A stretch of DNA of 64,000 nucleotides, from the NCBI RefSeq assembly GCF_964194155.1, contig NC_135911.1:8742001-8806000 (forward strand), read 5' to 3'. The translations under genes were made by a program, and so were the position numbers. This stretch comes from Cetorhinus maximus (Eukaryota). Positions 1 to 14,300 of this stretch are shown here, in pieces; the stretch's first letter is position 1, and each line of letters begins with the position of its first letter. The notes beneath the pieces are model-generated. The model saw only the letters and a program-made list of their open reading frames with translations, searched no databases and was not told the origin of the DNA.

Positions 1-374
1 GGAAGCGGGAACATTCCTTGAAAAATGCATCATATGCAACATTCATGTAGCAAATGTGAACCTTACCAGACAGGAGAAGAGCAATGCACGCAGTAGAAAT
101 CCATGCCAGCCAAGTCATATTAAAGTGAGAAAAGCCGCCTTCCCTTCCTACTTGCAGCGGAGCCAGTGACAGCTCACGGCCAGGGGTTGCTGGCTGAGCA
201 ACTCGACAACTGCAACTCACCCTGTTGCACTTATCAGGGAGGAAGCAAAATGTGTCACAAATGATGCATGCGCAATTTTTAATTTCTCTCTCCCTCTATA
301 AAGCCCCTGAGGCATTAGTTCCTGCCAAGAGCTGATTGCAGCTATTGCAGCGATCATTTACAGCAAGGTTCCTG

Positions 375-855
375 ATTTTTTTTTTGCCGCAGAAATATAC
401 TTTATTCACGGAACATCTGAAAGAGCATTCCAAAACATTTCCAAATGGCCATCCCAGGAAGCGCAATCATATTCAGGCTTTCCACATAGATCACGTTGCA
501 CTCCGAGGTGCTTCAGTGCAATTAAAGGGGTATGACGGACATTTCGAAATGGCTGTTACAGACAGTGCAATGGTGTTCAAGTTGTCTACATGTATGATGT
601 TGCACACTCTGAGTTGCTTCCATACAATTGTGATACATGTGGTAGTCACTGCATACATTCAGTGTGAGTCATATAGCCCGAGGGGTCTATACAATTCCCA
701 GCCCCTCGGTGCACTGTAGCTGAAAGGTCTTAGACAGCGACCTTCCCCCATTGCGCCTTTGTGGTGGCTGCTCCAAGCTTCAGTGCGTCCCTCAGCACGT
801 AGCCCTGGGCCAGTCTGCAACACTCGGTCGGGGACAACTCTTTGCAAGGTTCCTG
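375..855 (-). mobile_element. Tx1/L1-clade LINE 3' fragment
   Basis: KELSPTECCRLA...YVLRDALKLGAA...KAQWGK plus 3' UTR, matching the longer copy at 42495-43612. Confidence 0.75.
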
Positions 856-1749
856 CACCCCATCTGAACTGGCTGCCCATGCACCAGCAGAGAATGTAGA
901 CATCTGCCCCCTCAGGCGGGAGGCCCCAGAGTACACACTGCAGGGCTGCATGTCCCAGGCAGTGTGAGTCCAGCATTCAACAGGCAAGGCCTCCCTTGCT
1001 AGTTTGATGCTGTCAGTTTGCAGGACTAGTTTGATCTGGGAAGCACTGTGCAAACACCTCAACACAGTTTTCCACCCCCCCCCCTCCCCTCAGGTGTTAA
1101 AAATCATTCGGTTGCTTCTAGCATTGAGCCAATATTTTTCAGTTAGATTGCATAATTAATACTTTGCTTAAACTGTGGCTAAACTTCCTCATTTGAGTGC
1201 AGCAAAATTGATATTTCCTTTGAGTTTGCATGTGTCAGCATTACTCATGCAACTTATTTTGACAAAACATCTGTTTCTGCTTTGACCACTAACTGGGCAG
1301 CAGTAGCTGTAACCACTCAGCCAAACAGAAAATCAATCACCCCAGCCCCCTCAAAGGGAAATGGATCAGTTACTTCAGGAGCTAGTGCTTGGCAGGAAAG
1401 AGGGCATCTGGTCCAATATTGCCTTTTTATTTTCACTTTCTTTTACCTGGGCTCGTTCTCCATCGTCTAGCAGGCAGTGGGTCATTATATGAGAGAGGGG
1501 CATTATATTAAGACAAACCCACAACTGTGACTAAACACTTGTGATAAACAGACATATACGCTCCCTCATGCAGAAGCTAACACATTTTGTTGTTGACAAT
1601 GAATGTTAAAAGGAATCGCATATATGTATTGTTTTATTAGAAATGTTATTGGCCATTTGCGATTTTGTGAATAGCAACTTCTAAAATCTTCCCTTCTAAA
1701 AAAGCACATTTTATTAATGAAACCTATAAAAGTACATTACACAACAGCT

Positions 1750-2590
1750 CAATGGACAACACCAATGGACTGGTCAAGGGGCAGATGGAATTCAACCTGG
1801 AGAAGTGGGAGGTGATGCATTTGGGGAGGGCAAAGAAATACACAATAAATGGGAGGACACTGAGAGGTGTAGAGAAAGTGAGGGACCTTGGAGTGAATAT
1901 CCACAGACCCCTGAAGGCCGCAGGGCAGGTTGATAAGGTGGTTAAGAAGGCACATGGAATCCTCTCCTTTATTAGCCAGTGTATAGATTACAAAAGCATG
2001 GAGCTTATGTTGGAACCTACATAACGCATTAGTTAGTCTGCAACTGGAGCACTGTGTACAGTTCTGGTCACCTCATTACAGGAAGGGTGTAGTTGCACTA
2101 GAGAGGGTACAGAGGAGATTGACGAGGATGTTGACAGGACTGGAAAATCGAGGCTATGGGGAAAGATTGGATAGGCTGGGGTTGTTCTCCTTGGAACGGA
2201 GGAGGCTGAGGGGAGATTTGATTGAGATGTACAAAACTGAGAGTGGCCTGGATGGAGGGGATGGGAAGGGTCTATTTACTTCAGCAGAGAGGTCAGTGAC
2301 TAGGGAGTATAGATTTAAAGTGATTGGTAAAAGATTAGAGGGGAGGTGAGGAATTTCCTTTTCACCCAACAGGGTTTGGTGGGTCTGCAACTCACTGCCT
2401 GGAAGGGTAGTAGAGGCAGAAACCCCTCAACTCATCGAAAAGGTGTCTGGATATGGACCTGAAGTGCTGTAGCTGGCAGAGCTGTGGATCAAATGCTGGA
2501 AAGTGGGATTAGGGTGGCTCGTTTTTCAGCCAGCCCACATACGATGGGCCGAGTGGCCTCTTTCTGTGCTGTAAACTTTCTATGACTTTA
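1750..2590 (+). mobile_element. CR1 LINE 3' fragment
   Basis: QMEFNLEKWEVMHLG, ERLDRLGLFSLERRRLRGDLIE; frameshifted. Confidence 0.85.
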
Positions 2591-2599
2591 TGAATGCAA

Positions 2600-3015
2600 G
2601 GGAGGTAGCGGTATTATTGCTGGAGTAGTAATCCAGAGACCCAGGGTGATGGTCTGGAGACCTGACTTCAAAGCCCATCATGGGTGATGGTGGGATTTGA
2701 ATTACATAAAAAATCTGGAATCAAAAGTCTAATGATGACCCTGAAACCATTGTCGATTGTTGTTAGAAACCCATCTGGTTCACTAATGTCCTTTAAGAAA
2801 GGAAATCTGCTGTCCCTGGCCTATGTGTGACTCTGGACCCACAGCAATGCAGTTGACTCTTAAATGCCCTTTGAACAGGAATGCTTCCATCCTTGGCCTA
2901 TGTGTGACTCTGGACCCACAGCAACGTAGTTGACTCTTAAATGCCCTCTGAAGAAGGGCAATTGGGGATGGGTAATAAATGCTGGCCTAGCCAGTGATTC
3001 TCATGAATGCAAAAA
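2600..3015 (+). mobile_element. tRNA-derived SINE (Deu-domain type) with internal ~60-bp tandem duplication
   Basis: Shared core ggaaatctgc...tgtgactc...ggttgactctta...gatggg.aataaatgctggcc seen in many copies (about 4000, 7650, 10060, 25400, 47400, 59150); 2817-2875 is repeated at 2894-2950. Confidence 0.7.
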
Positions 3016-4519
3016 AAAAGATTTAAAAGTTGACATTAGATAAAGTGCAAAACTGATTTTTTTTCCCCCAAAATGCAGCCCTGTGAGGTACCTCATGGCC
3101 GATAGCAACTTGTAAACTCACGATGATTCAACACTGAATAAACGTCAGGGTGATGACCCTTTCTGTGGCCCATTAACTGATGCTCCTCCTGATGTTCACA
3201 GAATGACAGGGTGCAGAAGAGGCCCATTGAGTCTGCACTGACACTTGAGAAACACCTGACCTACCTACCTAATCCCATTTACCAGCACTTGGCCCATAGC
3301 CTTGAATGTTATGACGTGCCAAGTGTTCTCATATTCTAGGCTGTGGGAACCACTTTGCTCTTACAGTTTGAGGCTCCCTGCCTCCTTTGTAACCAGCTCT
3401 ACCCAGTCTCCCCAATCATTTTATATGCCATGTGTGTGTAAATGATGTAACCGAGCCCTCCCCCCGTGTTTAATGCGCCGGTCTCATCAACCACCTCAAT
3501 TTTGAACTTCCTCAGATTGCCTCCTTTCCACAATTGCCTCATTTCGGCTCGCCTCGGGTGACAGCCAGTCCTATGCCCGTTCTGGAAGCGATAGTGCCAG
3601 CATTTCCATGCATTCACAGGGTCGAGCGTCGCTTGTCCCTCACAGGCAGTCTTATAAATAGATTGGGGGACCGGTTAGTCGCAGTTGCCCGATCTTCCGG
3701 GGAGAGGCTCTGGAAATGCGTTAAATTAAGAAAAGCTATTTGCAACTCTGAAAACCTCCACTTCCCAGCCTCCAGTTCCCCTTCTGTGCCGAATGGTATG
3801 CGTGTTAGGGAAATACTGAACTCAATGCAGTGGTCAGTGAGTTTCAGATCTTAATGTACAGAGTGACAGCATTTTATTTTGCATTTTCAGCTCCCCCACC
3901 TCCCAACCTCCACACCCTAAATCTACATGAGGCAAGCTTTTGCAGGCAGTTGGGGCCTCGTTCACTAAAGCGCTATTCCTATGTTCAATGGTGGTATTGT
4001 CATTAAACTAGTAATCCAGAGGACCCCCCCCTCCCCCCTCCCTCCCAAGGTAATGTTTTGGGAACCAGGGTTCAAATCCGGCAGATGGTGGAATTTGAAT
4101 TCAATAAAAATCTGAAATTAGAAGTCTAATGGTGACCATGAAACTGATTGCTGATTGTTGTAAAAAACCCCATCTGGGTCAATAATGTCCCTTTAGGGAA
4201 GGAAATCTGCCGTCCTTACCTGGTCTGGCCCACATGTGACACCAGACCCACGAGCAATGTGGTTGGCTCTTAAACGCCCTTTGAACAAGGCCAATTTGGG
4301 ATGGGCAATAAATGCTGGCCTAGCCAGTGACCCCCGCATCCCCATGCATGAACCAAAAAACAAAGTCCAATTCCTGCATAAGTGGTGAGTTTCCAGACAG
4401 GCCTTATCGAGGGGAAGGTTATTGCTCAGTGTGTGATGAGCCACGGTAGATTTAAGCTACTTAACTGGGTTTTTGATTCATTTGCCCCGAGCACACATAT
4501 ATATATATATACATTAAAT

Positions 4520-4885
4520 ATATGAGGGGAATAGATAGAGTGGACAGGATCAAATTGTTTCCCTTGGTGGAGGATTCTAGAACCAGGGGACATAGATTCA
4601 AGATAAGTGGCAGAAGGTGTAGGGAGGACATGAGGAGGAACGATTTTTATGCAGAGGGTAGTGGGTGTCTGGAATTCGCTGCCCAAGTTGGTGGTAGAGG
4701 CAGAAACTCTAAACTCTTTTAAAAAGTACCTGGATCTGCACCTAAAGTGCTGTAAGCTGCAGGGCTATGGGCTGGGTGCTGGAAGGTGGGATTAGAAAGG
4801 GCGCCTGGGTGTCCTCGGGCTGGCATGTACAAGATGGGCTGAATGGCCTCCTCCTGTGCTGTAACTTTTCTACGGTTCTGTGGTT
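4520..4885 (+). mobile_element. CR1 LINE 3' end
   Basis: MRGIDRVDRIKLFPLVEDSRTRGHRFK. Confidence 0.8.
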
Positions 4886-5283
4886 CTATATATAATCCTG
4901 ACTTCTCTGTACATAAAAACCAGTTGTTAATTTGGCTGAAGGGCTGTTTCAAGCCAGCCTAACATGTTCAGCCTGTGTACCAATTGCAACATCAATACAT
5001 TTGGCAACTCAAGGAAATGGCACTGTGCTGACTCCCTTACGAAACGCAGAAATGTAATTGCAGAGCCTATTTTCTCCTTGTGTGTAAATAAATATATCGG
5101 AAACGTGGAGCTGCTCAGCTGGGTGGCCCGTCCATTTTGGGAGCCTTCCTGCTCTTTGAAAATAGCGACGGAAATAAGTAAAAGCAGCTGTCACCCGAGG
5201 GGTATTGAGACAGCTTTTGTGAGGCACCATCTCCCCAGAGTGTCACCTGCTGGAGAAGCAAAGGCGAATGTTTCCACTTCGAA

Positions 5284-5332
5284 ATGGCATTAATGGTTTG
5301 GATGTCGATGGCATACATTGCTCTTCTGTCTG
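5284..5332 (+). CDS. Exon 1, signal peptide MALMVWMSMAYIALLS
   Basis: Hydrophobic 16 aa after ATG, phase-1 donor G|gtgagt matching the phase-1 V exon. Confidence 0.7.
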
Positions 5333-8300
5333 GTGAGTTTACAAACTTGTCACGCCATTTGGTGTTTGAGGTTTTTGAAAAAAAAAGTGCTTCTACTTCT
5401 TATGTCCTACTTGAAAATATTGAAAAAGAACTATTTTTAAAAAAAGTTGCCTTATGTGATGTAGGCTGGCAATGTCGGCGTTTACCCACCCATCTCTAAT
5501 TGTGCTTGAACTGCTGCAGTCCATGTGGTGTAGGTGCACCCACAGTGCTGTTAGGGAGGGAGTTCCAGGATTTTGACCCAGTGACAGTGAAGGAACGGCC
5601 GACATATTTCCAAGTCAGGATGGTGAGTGGTTTGGAGGGGAAGTTCCAGGTGGAGGCGATGTTCCCGTGCACCTGTCCCTGTCCTTCGATGTGGCAGAGG
5701 TCCTGGGTTTGCAAGGCGCTGTCTTGTTAAGTTGCTGCAGTGTCCTGCTGGCACTGTGCAGTGGCGGAGGGAGTGGATGTTGAAGGTGGTGGATGGGGCA
5801 CCAACCCAGTGGGCTGCTTTGTCCTGGATGGTGTCGAGTTTCCTGAGTATTGTTTGGAGACACATCCATTCAGGCAAGTGGGCATCAGACCCCTAACTGG
5901 TGTCTAGTAGATAGAGGATAGGCTTTGAAGAGTCAGGAGGTGAGTTAATCGCAGCCAGAATTCCCAGCCTCTGCCTTGCTCTTGTAGCCACAGTGTTTAT
6001 ATGGCTGACACAGCTTAGTTTCTAGCCAATGATAACCCCCAAGATGTTGATAGCGGGGGATTCAGCGATATAATTGTGTTGAACAACAAGGGGATATTGT
6101 TAGATTCCCTCTTGTTGGAGATGCCCATTGCCTGGATCTTCTGTGATGCCAACCTTACTTTGCCCCTGATCAGTCCAAGCCTGAAGGTTGGCTAAGTCCT
6201 TCTGCAGGCAGGTACAAAGTGTATCAGTATCTGAGGAGTTTCAAATGGCGCTGAACATTGTGCAATCATCAATGGACATCGTTACTTATAATACCTATAC
6301 ATGCATATTTTATATATATATATATTATATGAGTATAAATGAATATAAGAATAGGAGTAGGTCATTCAGTCCCTTGAGTCTGTTCTAACAATTAATTAGA
6401 TCATTACTGTACTTGAATTTAATTTAGTCACCTTTGATCAAAACCCTTAAAATCTTTAGTTTTATTAATCATGGAGATTTAATCAGACACGGGGCCCACC
6501 GCTTTTTGCGGGAAAGAATTCCACGTGTCTGGTCCTGTTTTGTGCGAAAGGGCTTCCCGATTTCATTCCTGAGCTACTTAGTTCTCAAGTTGCCATTAAG
6601 TTCTCTTGACAGGAACCGCCCAGCCACTAGAGGGAAAAGCTTCCCCTTACCCACTCGATCAAATCCTTGCAACCAATTTCTACATTTCTGTGAATTCAAC
6701 TCCCCAGCTTCAGAATTCAATGAACTCAGAGTCAAGTTGAGGCAATCCGTCTTGTTAATTTAACCTGTGAAGGCTCTGTATTCCCCTGGTGAATGTGTGC
6801 TCCCTCTCCCCAACCATCCCCTACCACCCCCTCACCTCCCACCAACCCTCTCAAGGACAATATACGTGTGGTGTGCTGCACAGCACTGAATGTAATGAGG
6901 GGAGATCTTATTGAAGTGTATAAGATCCAAGAGGCCTTGATAGGGTCGATACTGCGGGGGGGATGTTTTCCCTCCTGCTGGAATCTAGAACGAGGGGAGA
7001 CAGTGTTTCAGAGTAAGGGGTCTCCCATTTAAGACGGAGGTGAGGAGGAATCTCTTCTCTCAGTGGGGATCGTTCGTCTGTGGAATTCTCTTCCCCAGAG
7101 AGCAGTGGAGGCCGGGTCACCGAACATATTCAAGGCTGAGTTAGACAGATTTTTGATCGACAAGGGAGTCGAGGGTTACGGGGGGAGGACAGGAAAGTGG
7201 AGTTCAGGCCATAATCAGATCGGCCATGATCTTATTGAATGATGGAGCAAACTCGATGGGCCAAATGGCCTACTCCTGCTCCTATTTCTTCTGATTTTAT
7301 CAGATATAGAACCCATAAAGAACCCACATATAACAGCAACAAAAACAACGCTGGTCTGGTTCTGATGAAAGGTCACCTCGATCTGAACGGTTAACTGTGT
7401 TTCTAGCCGCAGATGCTGCCTGATCTGCTGAGTATTTCCGGCATTTTTTTTCTGTTTTCATTTCAGCTTTTCTGCACACCTGCAGCGTTTTGCTTTTGCA
7501 TTGACTGAATGGTACCAGAGCTGAGGGACTGCTGTTATGTGGAGAGACTGGAGAAGCTAGGCTTGCACTCCTTCAAGCAGAGGAGGTGAAGGGGAGATTT
7601 AATAGAGGCGTTGAAAACCTTGCAGGGCTTTAATAAGGAGACAGTGGTGGAATGGTATTGTCACTGGTCTAGTAATGTCAAGACCCAGGTTAATGTTCTG
7701 GGAATGTGGGTTCAGCCCCCACCAGCAGTAACTGGTGGAATTTAAATCCAATTAATAAAAATCGACAATTGAAAGTTAGCCTCAGTTATGGTGACCATGT
7801 CAACTCTCACTGACTGTCGTAAAAAGCCATCTGGTTCACTAGTGACCTTCAGGGATGGAAATTGACTGTCCTTGCCTGGTCTACATGTGACTCCAGACGC
7901 ATAGCAATGTGGTTGGCTCTTAACTGCCCTCTGATATGGCCTAGAAAGCCGGGCAGCTAGGGGTGGGCAAGCAATGCTGGCCTTGCCAGTGACACCCACA
8001 CCCCATGACAGAAAAACAATGAGGAGAAATTTCTTCCTGAGGTAGAACAGTCAGGAACCAAAGGCTCCTTAGACAGCACCGTCCAAACCCATGAGCACTA
8101 CCATCTAGATGGACAAGGGCCGCAGACACATGGGAACACCACCACCTGGAAGTTCCCCTCCAAGCCACGCACCATCCTGACTTGGAAATATATCGGCCGT
8201 TCCTTCACTGTCACTGGGTCAAAATCCTGGAACTCCCTTCTTAACAGCGCTGTGGGTGTACCTACACCACATGGACTGCAGCAGTTCTAGTAGACTGCCC

Positions 8301-11300
8301 ACCACCACCTTCTCAAGGGCAACGAGGGATGGTAATAAATGCTGGCCGAGCTAGCGAAGCCCACATCCTGTGAATGAATATCAACAAATAAAGGGGCTTG
8401 AGGAAGCATTTTTTTTTTAACACAGCGAGTTGTTGTGACCTGGAAGGCGCTGCCTGAAAGGGTGGTGGAAGCAGATTCAATAGGAATTTTCAAAAGGGGG
8501 AATTGGATAAATACTTGAAGTGGGGAGACTACAGGGATATAGGTAAGCAGCAGGAATGTGGGAAATTGAATAATGCAAGTCCTATATACAAAACCGACTA
8601 CACCGTAAAAGACCTTCATTAACTATTAGGGACCTCCTGAGGTTGCGAGAGACCAAACGACCTAGGAGCAGAAATAGGCCATTTGGCCCATCGAGTCTGC
8701 TCCACTGTTCAATGAGATCATGGCTGATCCGATAATCCTCAACTCCACTTTCCTGCCTTATCCCCATAACCCTTGATTCCCTTACTGATGAAAAATCTGT
8801 CTATCTCAGCCTTGAATATATTTAACGACCCAGCCTCTACAGCCCTCTGCGGTAAAGAACTCCAGAGATTAACTACCCTCTGAGAGAAGAAATTCCTCCT
8901 CATCTCTGTCTTAAATGGGCGACCCCTTACTCTGAGGTTATACCCTCTGGTTCTAGACTTTCCCATAAAGGGAAACAACCTCTCAGCATCTACCCTGTCA
9001 AGCCACCTAAGAATCTTATATGTTTCAATAAAGTCGCTTTTCATTCTTCTAAACTCCAATGAGTACAGGCCCAACCTACTCAACCTCTCCTCATAACAAA
9101 ATCCCTCCATCCCCGGGATCAACCTCATGAACCTTCTCAGGACTTCCTCCAAAGCCAGTTTATCTTTCCTTAGATAAGGAAACCAAAACTGTTCACAGTA
9201 TTCTAGATGTCGTCTAACTTGTGCCTTGCAGTTTTAGCAAGACTTTCCTATTTTTATACTCCATTCCCTTAGAGGCCCAACTATTTCTTTAATGACTTAT
9301 CACTGCATTGTAAATTCCATAATAACTCAAGGTTGTTACATTATGTAATACAGCATACATTCTTCCGTATTCAAATCTTCATACCAATTTCTATTTTGAC
9401 AATGGCAGATCAGCATTTTGATGCATTGGCACATATCTAGCCAAGAGTTAACAATACTGAAGGGAGATGAACTTATCAAACAGAAAATATTGCCATAGTT
9501 TTAGGCTAAGGGCTGGTAGATTTAAATCAGAGATGAGGAGGAATTACTTTTCTCAAAGGGTCGTGAATCTGGGGAGTTCACTACCTCAGAGTCCAGTGGA
9601 TGCCGGGACGCTGAATAAATTTCAGGAGGAGATAGACAGATTTTTAATTAGTAACGGGTTGAAAGGTTATGGGGAGAAATTGGAGTTGAGGCCAAAATGA
9701 GGTCAGCCATGATCGTATTGAATGGCGGGGCAGGCTCGAGGGGCTGAATTGCCTGCTCCTGCTCCTAGTTCTTATGTTCGTCCTTCGATTCCTTTAGTTT
9801 AAGAGGTTGGCCAATTTTGGAAGGTCTGGTGACAGGTAAAAATGTGCCTTGGACTATGAAGCTATTGGGCGTTATCACATCAGCCGCTTAGTTGCAATGA
9901 AGTAAATGGAACTTGAGATCACATTGGAAATACACCGGGTGACCGATGCTATATATCCCGCTATTTTTCCATAGAGCCTCCTAACGCTCCACTGAGTCCG
10001 GGTATAGCCTGCAGGTCACATACATTGGGTTCACCACATTGGGATTTTTTTTGACCCATTCGTGGGATGTGGGCATCGCTGGCTAGGCCGGTATTAATTG
10101 CCCATCCCGAATTGGCCTTGTTCAAAGGGCATTTAAGAACCAATCACGTTGCTTGTGGGTCTGGAGACACATGTAGACCTGGCCAGGTAAGGACGGTAGA
10201 TTTCCTTCCCTAAAGGACATTAGTGAACGAGATGGGTTTTTACAACAATCGACAATGGTCTTCATCAGACTTCTAACTGCGGATTTTTATTGAAATCAAA
10301 TTCCATTGTCTGACATGGTGGGACTTGAACACTGGTCCCCAGAGAATTACCCTGGGTCTCTGGATTACTAGTCCAGCTGCAGTGTCAACTTCTGACCAAC
10401 AGTAAAACTCCCTCTTCAGCCGCACTCTATGCCCCAGGTTACGCCTCCCACTCGCACAGGCCAACTGCAAAGCGACAGACACTGACGGCTCTTACTGACT
10501 GGGTGAACGAGTCAGACACAGTTTCCAATTCTGGGAATGCCTCAGTGATGAATGGGTAATATCGCCAGGCTTTAGTCACTGCTGCCCGTCTACCTGCAGT
10601 CCATCGAGGGTCTCAGGGTCTTTAGGCAGCTCGGTTTTCTGCGTGTTGCTACATTTCGATCCAGCCCTGCATCTCCCTCAGAAGCTGGAAATCTGACCAT
10701 TTCCTTTAGTCCTCCCCACCCCCCACACCCCCTCCCCCAACACAACCAACACCCATCGCCAGGCAATTCTTGTGAGGGATGTTGACTTCTTCCACCACAT
10801 GTAGGGTATAAGTACAAGCTGCACCTTACTGAGGACAAGCATGGTTTGAATGGAAAGCCATCGCCTTACTTCTTATATTCCTTCCAGTCCCCCATTACCT
10901 TCTTCCCTCTTTTCTCAACTTTTTACCTCGGCCCTCTCTCTCTCTCTCCCTTTCCATAACATCTTCCACTATCTGTCCTCATTCGCTTGTTTTCCTGCTG
11001 TATTTTCCATAGTTTCCCTCCACTGTGTCTGAGGATTGCCCTGCACATTACCATCACCAGGTTCACTTTCCAGGCCTAGGAGGGTGGCCTCCCATCTTCA
11101 ACCAGTCCCCCAAACTCCGCCTTCAGCCAAACACTTGCCCCAGGTTACAGTTCACAGAACTTTAACGGCACAGAAGGAGGTCATTCAGCCCATCGTGTCT
11201 ACATAAAGTCAGGATGGTGAGTGACTTGGAGGGGAACTTCCAGGTGGTGGTGTTCCCATCTATCTGCTGCCCTCGTCCTTCTAGATGGTAGCAGTCGTGG

Positions 11301-14300
11301 GTTTGAAAGGCGCTGTCGAAGGAGCCTTGGTGAATTCCTGCAGCGCACCTTGTAGATGGTACACACACTGCTGCTACTGTGCGTCGGTGGTGGAGGGAGT
11401 GAATGTTTGTGGATGGGGTGCCAATCAAGCGAGGCTGTTTTGTCCTGGACGGTGTCAAGCTTCTTGAGTGTTGTGGGAACTGCATTCATCCAGGTAAGTG
11501 GACAGTATTCCATCACACTCCTGACTTGTGCCTTGTAGATCGTGGACAGGCTTTGGGGAGTCAGGAGGTGAGCTACTTGTAGCAAGATTCCTAACCTCTG
11601 ACCAGCTCTTGTAGCCACAGTATTTATATGGCTAGTCCAGTTCAGTTTCTGGTCAATGGTAACACCAGGATGTTGATAGTGGGGGATTCAGTGATGGTAA
11701 TGCCTTTGAACATCAAGGGGAGGTGGCTGGATTCTTTCTTGTTGGAGATGGTCATTGCCTGACACTTGTGAAGCACGAATGTTACTTGCCACTTGTCAGC
11801 CCGAACCTGGATATTGTCCAGGTCTTGCTGCATTTGGACATGGACTGCTCCGGTATCTGAGGAGTCTTATGCAAAAGCCAAAAATATTAATGAAAGCGAA
11901 ATCACCCAAGGAAAAATGAGTTCTTTATTTAGCATATGAAAAGCAACATCGGAACAGGAGGAGGCCATTCAGCCCCTCGATCATGCGCCGCCATTCAGTT
12001 GCTCTGCTTGACATTCAGTTCTGCTGGTGCGAATGCAGCTGAATATCGGGCCGAGCGGAGAATGGGCGAGCCAGGGAGCAGATTTCTCCCCCCTCCCCGG
12101 ACGGAGCCTTGTGGGTAAGCTGTCGGATAGTTGAAGCTGCATTTTCTTACTCCTCAGATATGCCTGTTGAGGATTTAATGTTCCTTCAGAGCCTCTGATG
12201 CGGATTGAGGAGAAATCAGCTTCCAATGTGTTTCCTAACCCCGCCAATTATTGTTGTTCCTGCAGCTTCAACCAGTAACCACGTTACAGCTGTGACCCTT
12301 ACCGCTCTTGTTGGGACTGAGGTACTGCTTCCATGCCAGATGACACAAAACAGCACCATTTTCACACAGCTCGAATGGAAAAAGGGCCCTGAGAATAAAA
12401 AGTTCGCAGTGTATCATCATAAATTCGGGATAACAATCTCAGGTGAACGGTACTCCAGTCGGGTCGTTTTCAGAAACCATTCACGGCTGGATGGATCAAT
12501 TCTATTGAAGGCTCTGGAGATGGAGGATCAGGGGATGTATACGTGCAGCGTCACTTTATTCCCCCAGGGAATAACTGAGAAAGTAATGAATCTAACGATA
12601 TTAGGTGTGTATTCTACATGGAGCATTGTTCATGTGAAGATTCATTTGTGGGGAAATGTGATGTTCATGTGGAGAGGGGGGAGGGGGCTGAATTTTGGGT
12701 TGTGCATCCGGGTGTAAACTTAATACCCCTGCAATGATCATAAAAACTGTTGTTGTCTAATTCTAACACTTTAACCTAGTCACATTCTAGCTCCGATTCA
12801 TTATTTTATCATAGAGCTATTACTGAGATATTTAGTGTTTGTTTAACAGTTGCAAGTGAAGCTTTTATTTATAGGAAGGTTGGGAGTGTTACATCCAGAC
12901 GAGTAAAGTTTATCATATTCGTCTTCTCCCATTATTGATAGCCACATTCTGCAAAGATATCAGAGCCATTGACGACTCTCAGCAATCAATCTCTACCAAT
13001 TAATCTCTAACAGGTACAGACAAGAGGCAAGAGAAATCCCCATCCCCAGCGCTGGAGAACTTTGGGAAGCAGATCTACACCACAAGCATGTTGCACTGAT
13101 CCCGCGTCACTTCACACACTCTGTCAGATACACTACCCCTCCCTGTATTCTTCACCCTACTGCAGCTCTTTGACGCTCTCTCCCACTTCCTCGCCGTCCA
13201 CAATCGATCCCCCATCACTCACTCTCATGGTCGATTCATAGATCCACTTCTCTGAGTCCTGGTCTGGCCTGCAGGTCACAGGCATTGGTTTCACCGTCCT
13301 GGGCTTCAGTGCCACCTCTCACCCTCCAGCATGGTTCCAACACTCTCCCTTCAGCCGCACACTAGGCCCCCAAATTGCCCCTCCCGGTGGCACAAGCCCG
13401 TCCTTGTGGCACTTGCTGATTGGGTGATCAAGTGCCAATGATACAGTTTCGATCATGGGCATTTTTCTCAGTCCTGAATCTGGAACATCGCCAGCTTTTT
13501 GTCTGCCATTGCCGCAAAGACACCCCCTTTCCCCCCCACCCCCACCCCCCTAAAGATGGGGGCAGGGCCCAGAGCCAAGCCAGTTTCTCACACGTTGCTG
13601 CATTTCCACCCACCTGCCCAACCCTCTCGAAACCTAGCACTCCGACCATTTCCATTGGTCCTTCCGCACCCAGCACCCCCCCCAACAACACCCGTCGCCA
13701 GTCCCATCTAGGAAGACCCATCCCTTTGGCACCATCTGTAATGCATAAGCACAAGTTGGATCTGACTGAGAGCAATAACGTGGCTGAATTGAGACCAATC
13801 GCTTTGCTTCTTATATTCCTGCTCATTCCTTCCATTCCCCCATTGCCTTCATCCCTCACTTTCTTACCTGGGTCCCCTCTTTGCCTGTAACAACATCCAT
13901 TATGCAGTTGGGCCATTTGCTGGAGACATGTAAATATTGACAGGATCTGGTTTCTGGTTTTTTTTTGCTCCGGATTAATTGCAAGCTGCTGACATGGTTG
14001 AAACAGACGTTGAGTTAATTTCTGGTTTATCTCTCCAAGCAATTCCCAATAACAGGGCGATCCCGGTTCCCGCACGGACTGCTAATTCAGAAGTGCCAGT
14101 GGCAAATTGTACTTCAGCCAACGGAAACCCAGCAGCCGAGATCACGTGGATTTCCGGTTCCCCTGGAAACTATACAACAACCCTGATTGAAAACAGCAAT
14201 GGGACAAAAACTGTTATCAGCCTGTACAAGAGGGCACCCAGTGACTATGATGATGGTCAAACGGTGACATGTGTTATCTCCCACCCAGCATCAAGCAGCA

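Noticed and set aside
5186-5202. Motif gtcac(c/g)cgaggg shared with 15649 and 46694 as a regulatory element
   Set aside because: Short, with inconsistent position and orientation relative to the genes; cannot be distinguished from chance or an old repeat.
13420-14075. Long overlapping ORFs (156 and 215 aa) in intron 2
   Set aside because: Low-complexity Pro/Gly-rich translations with no domain signature.
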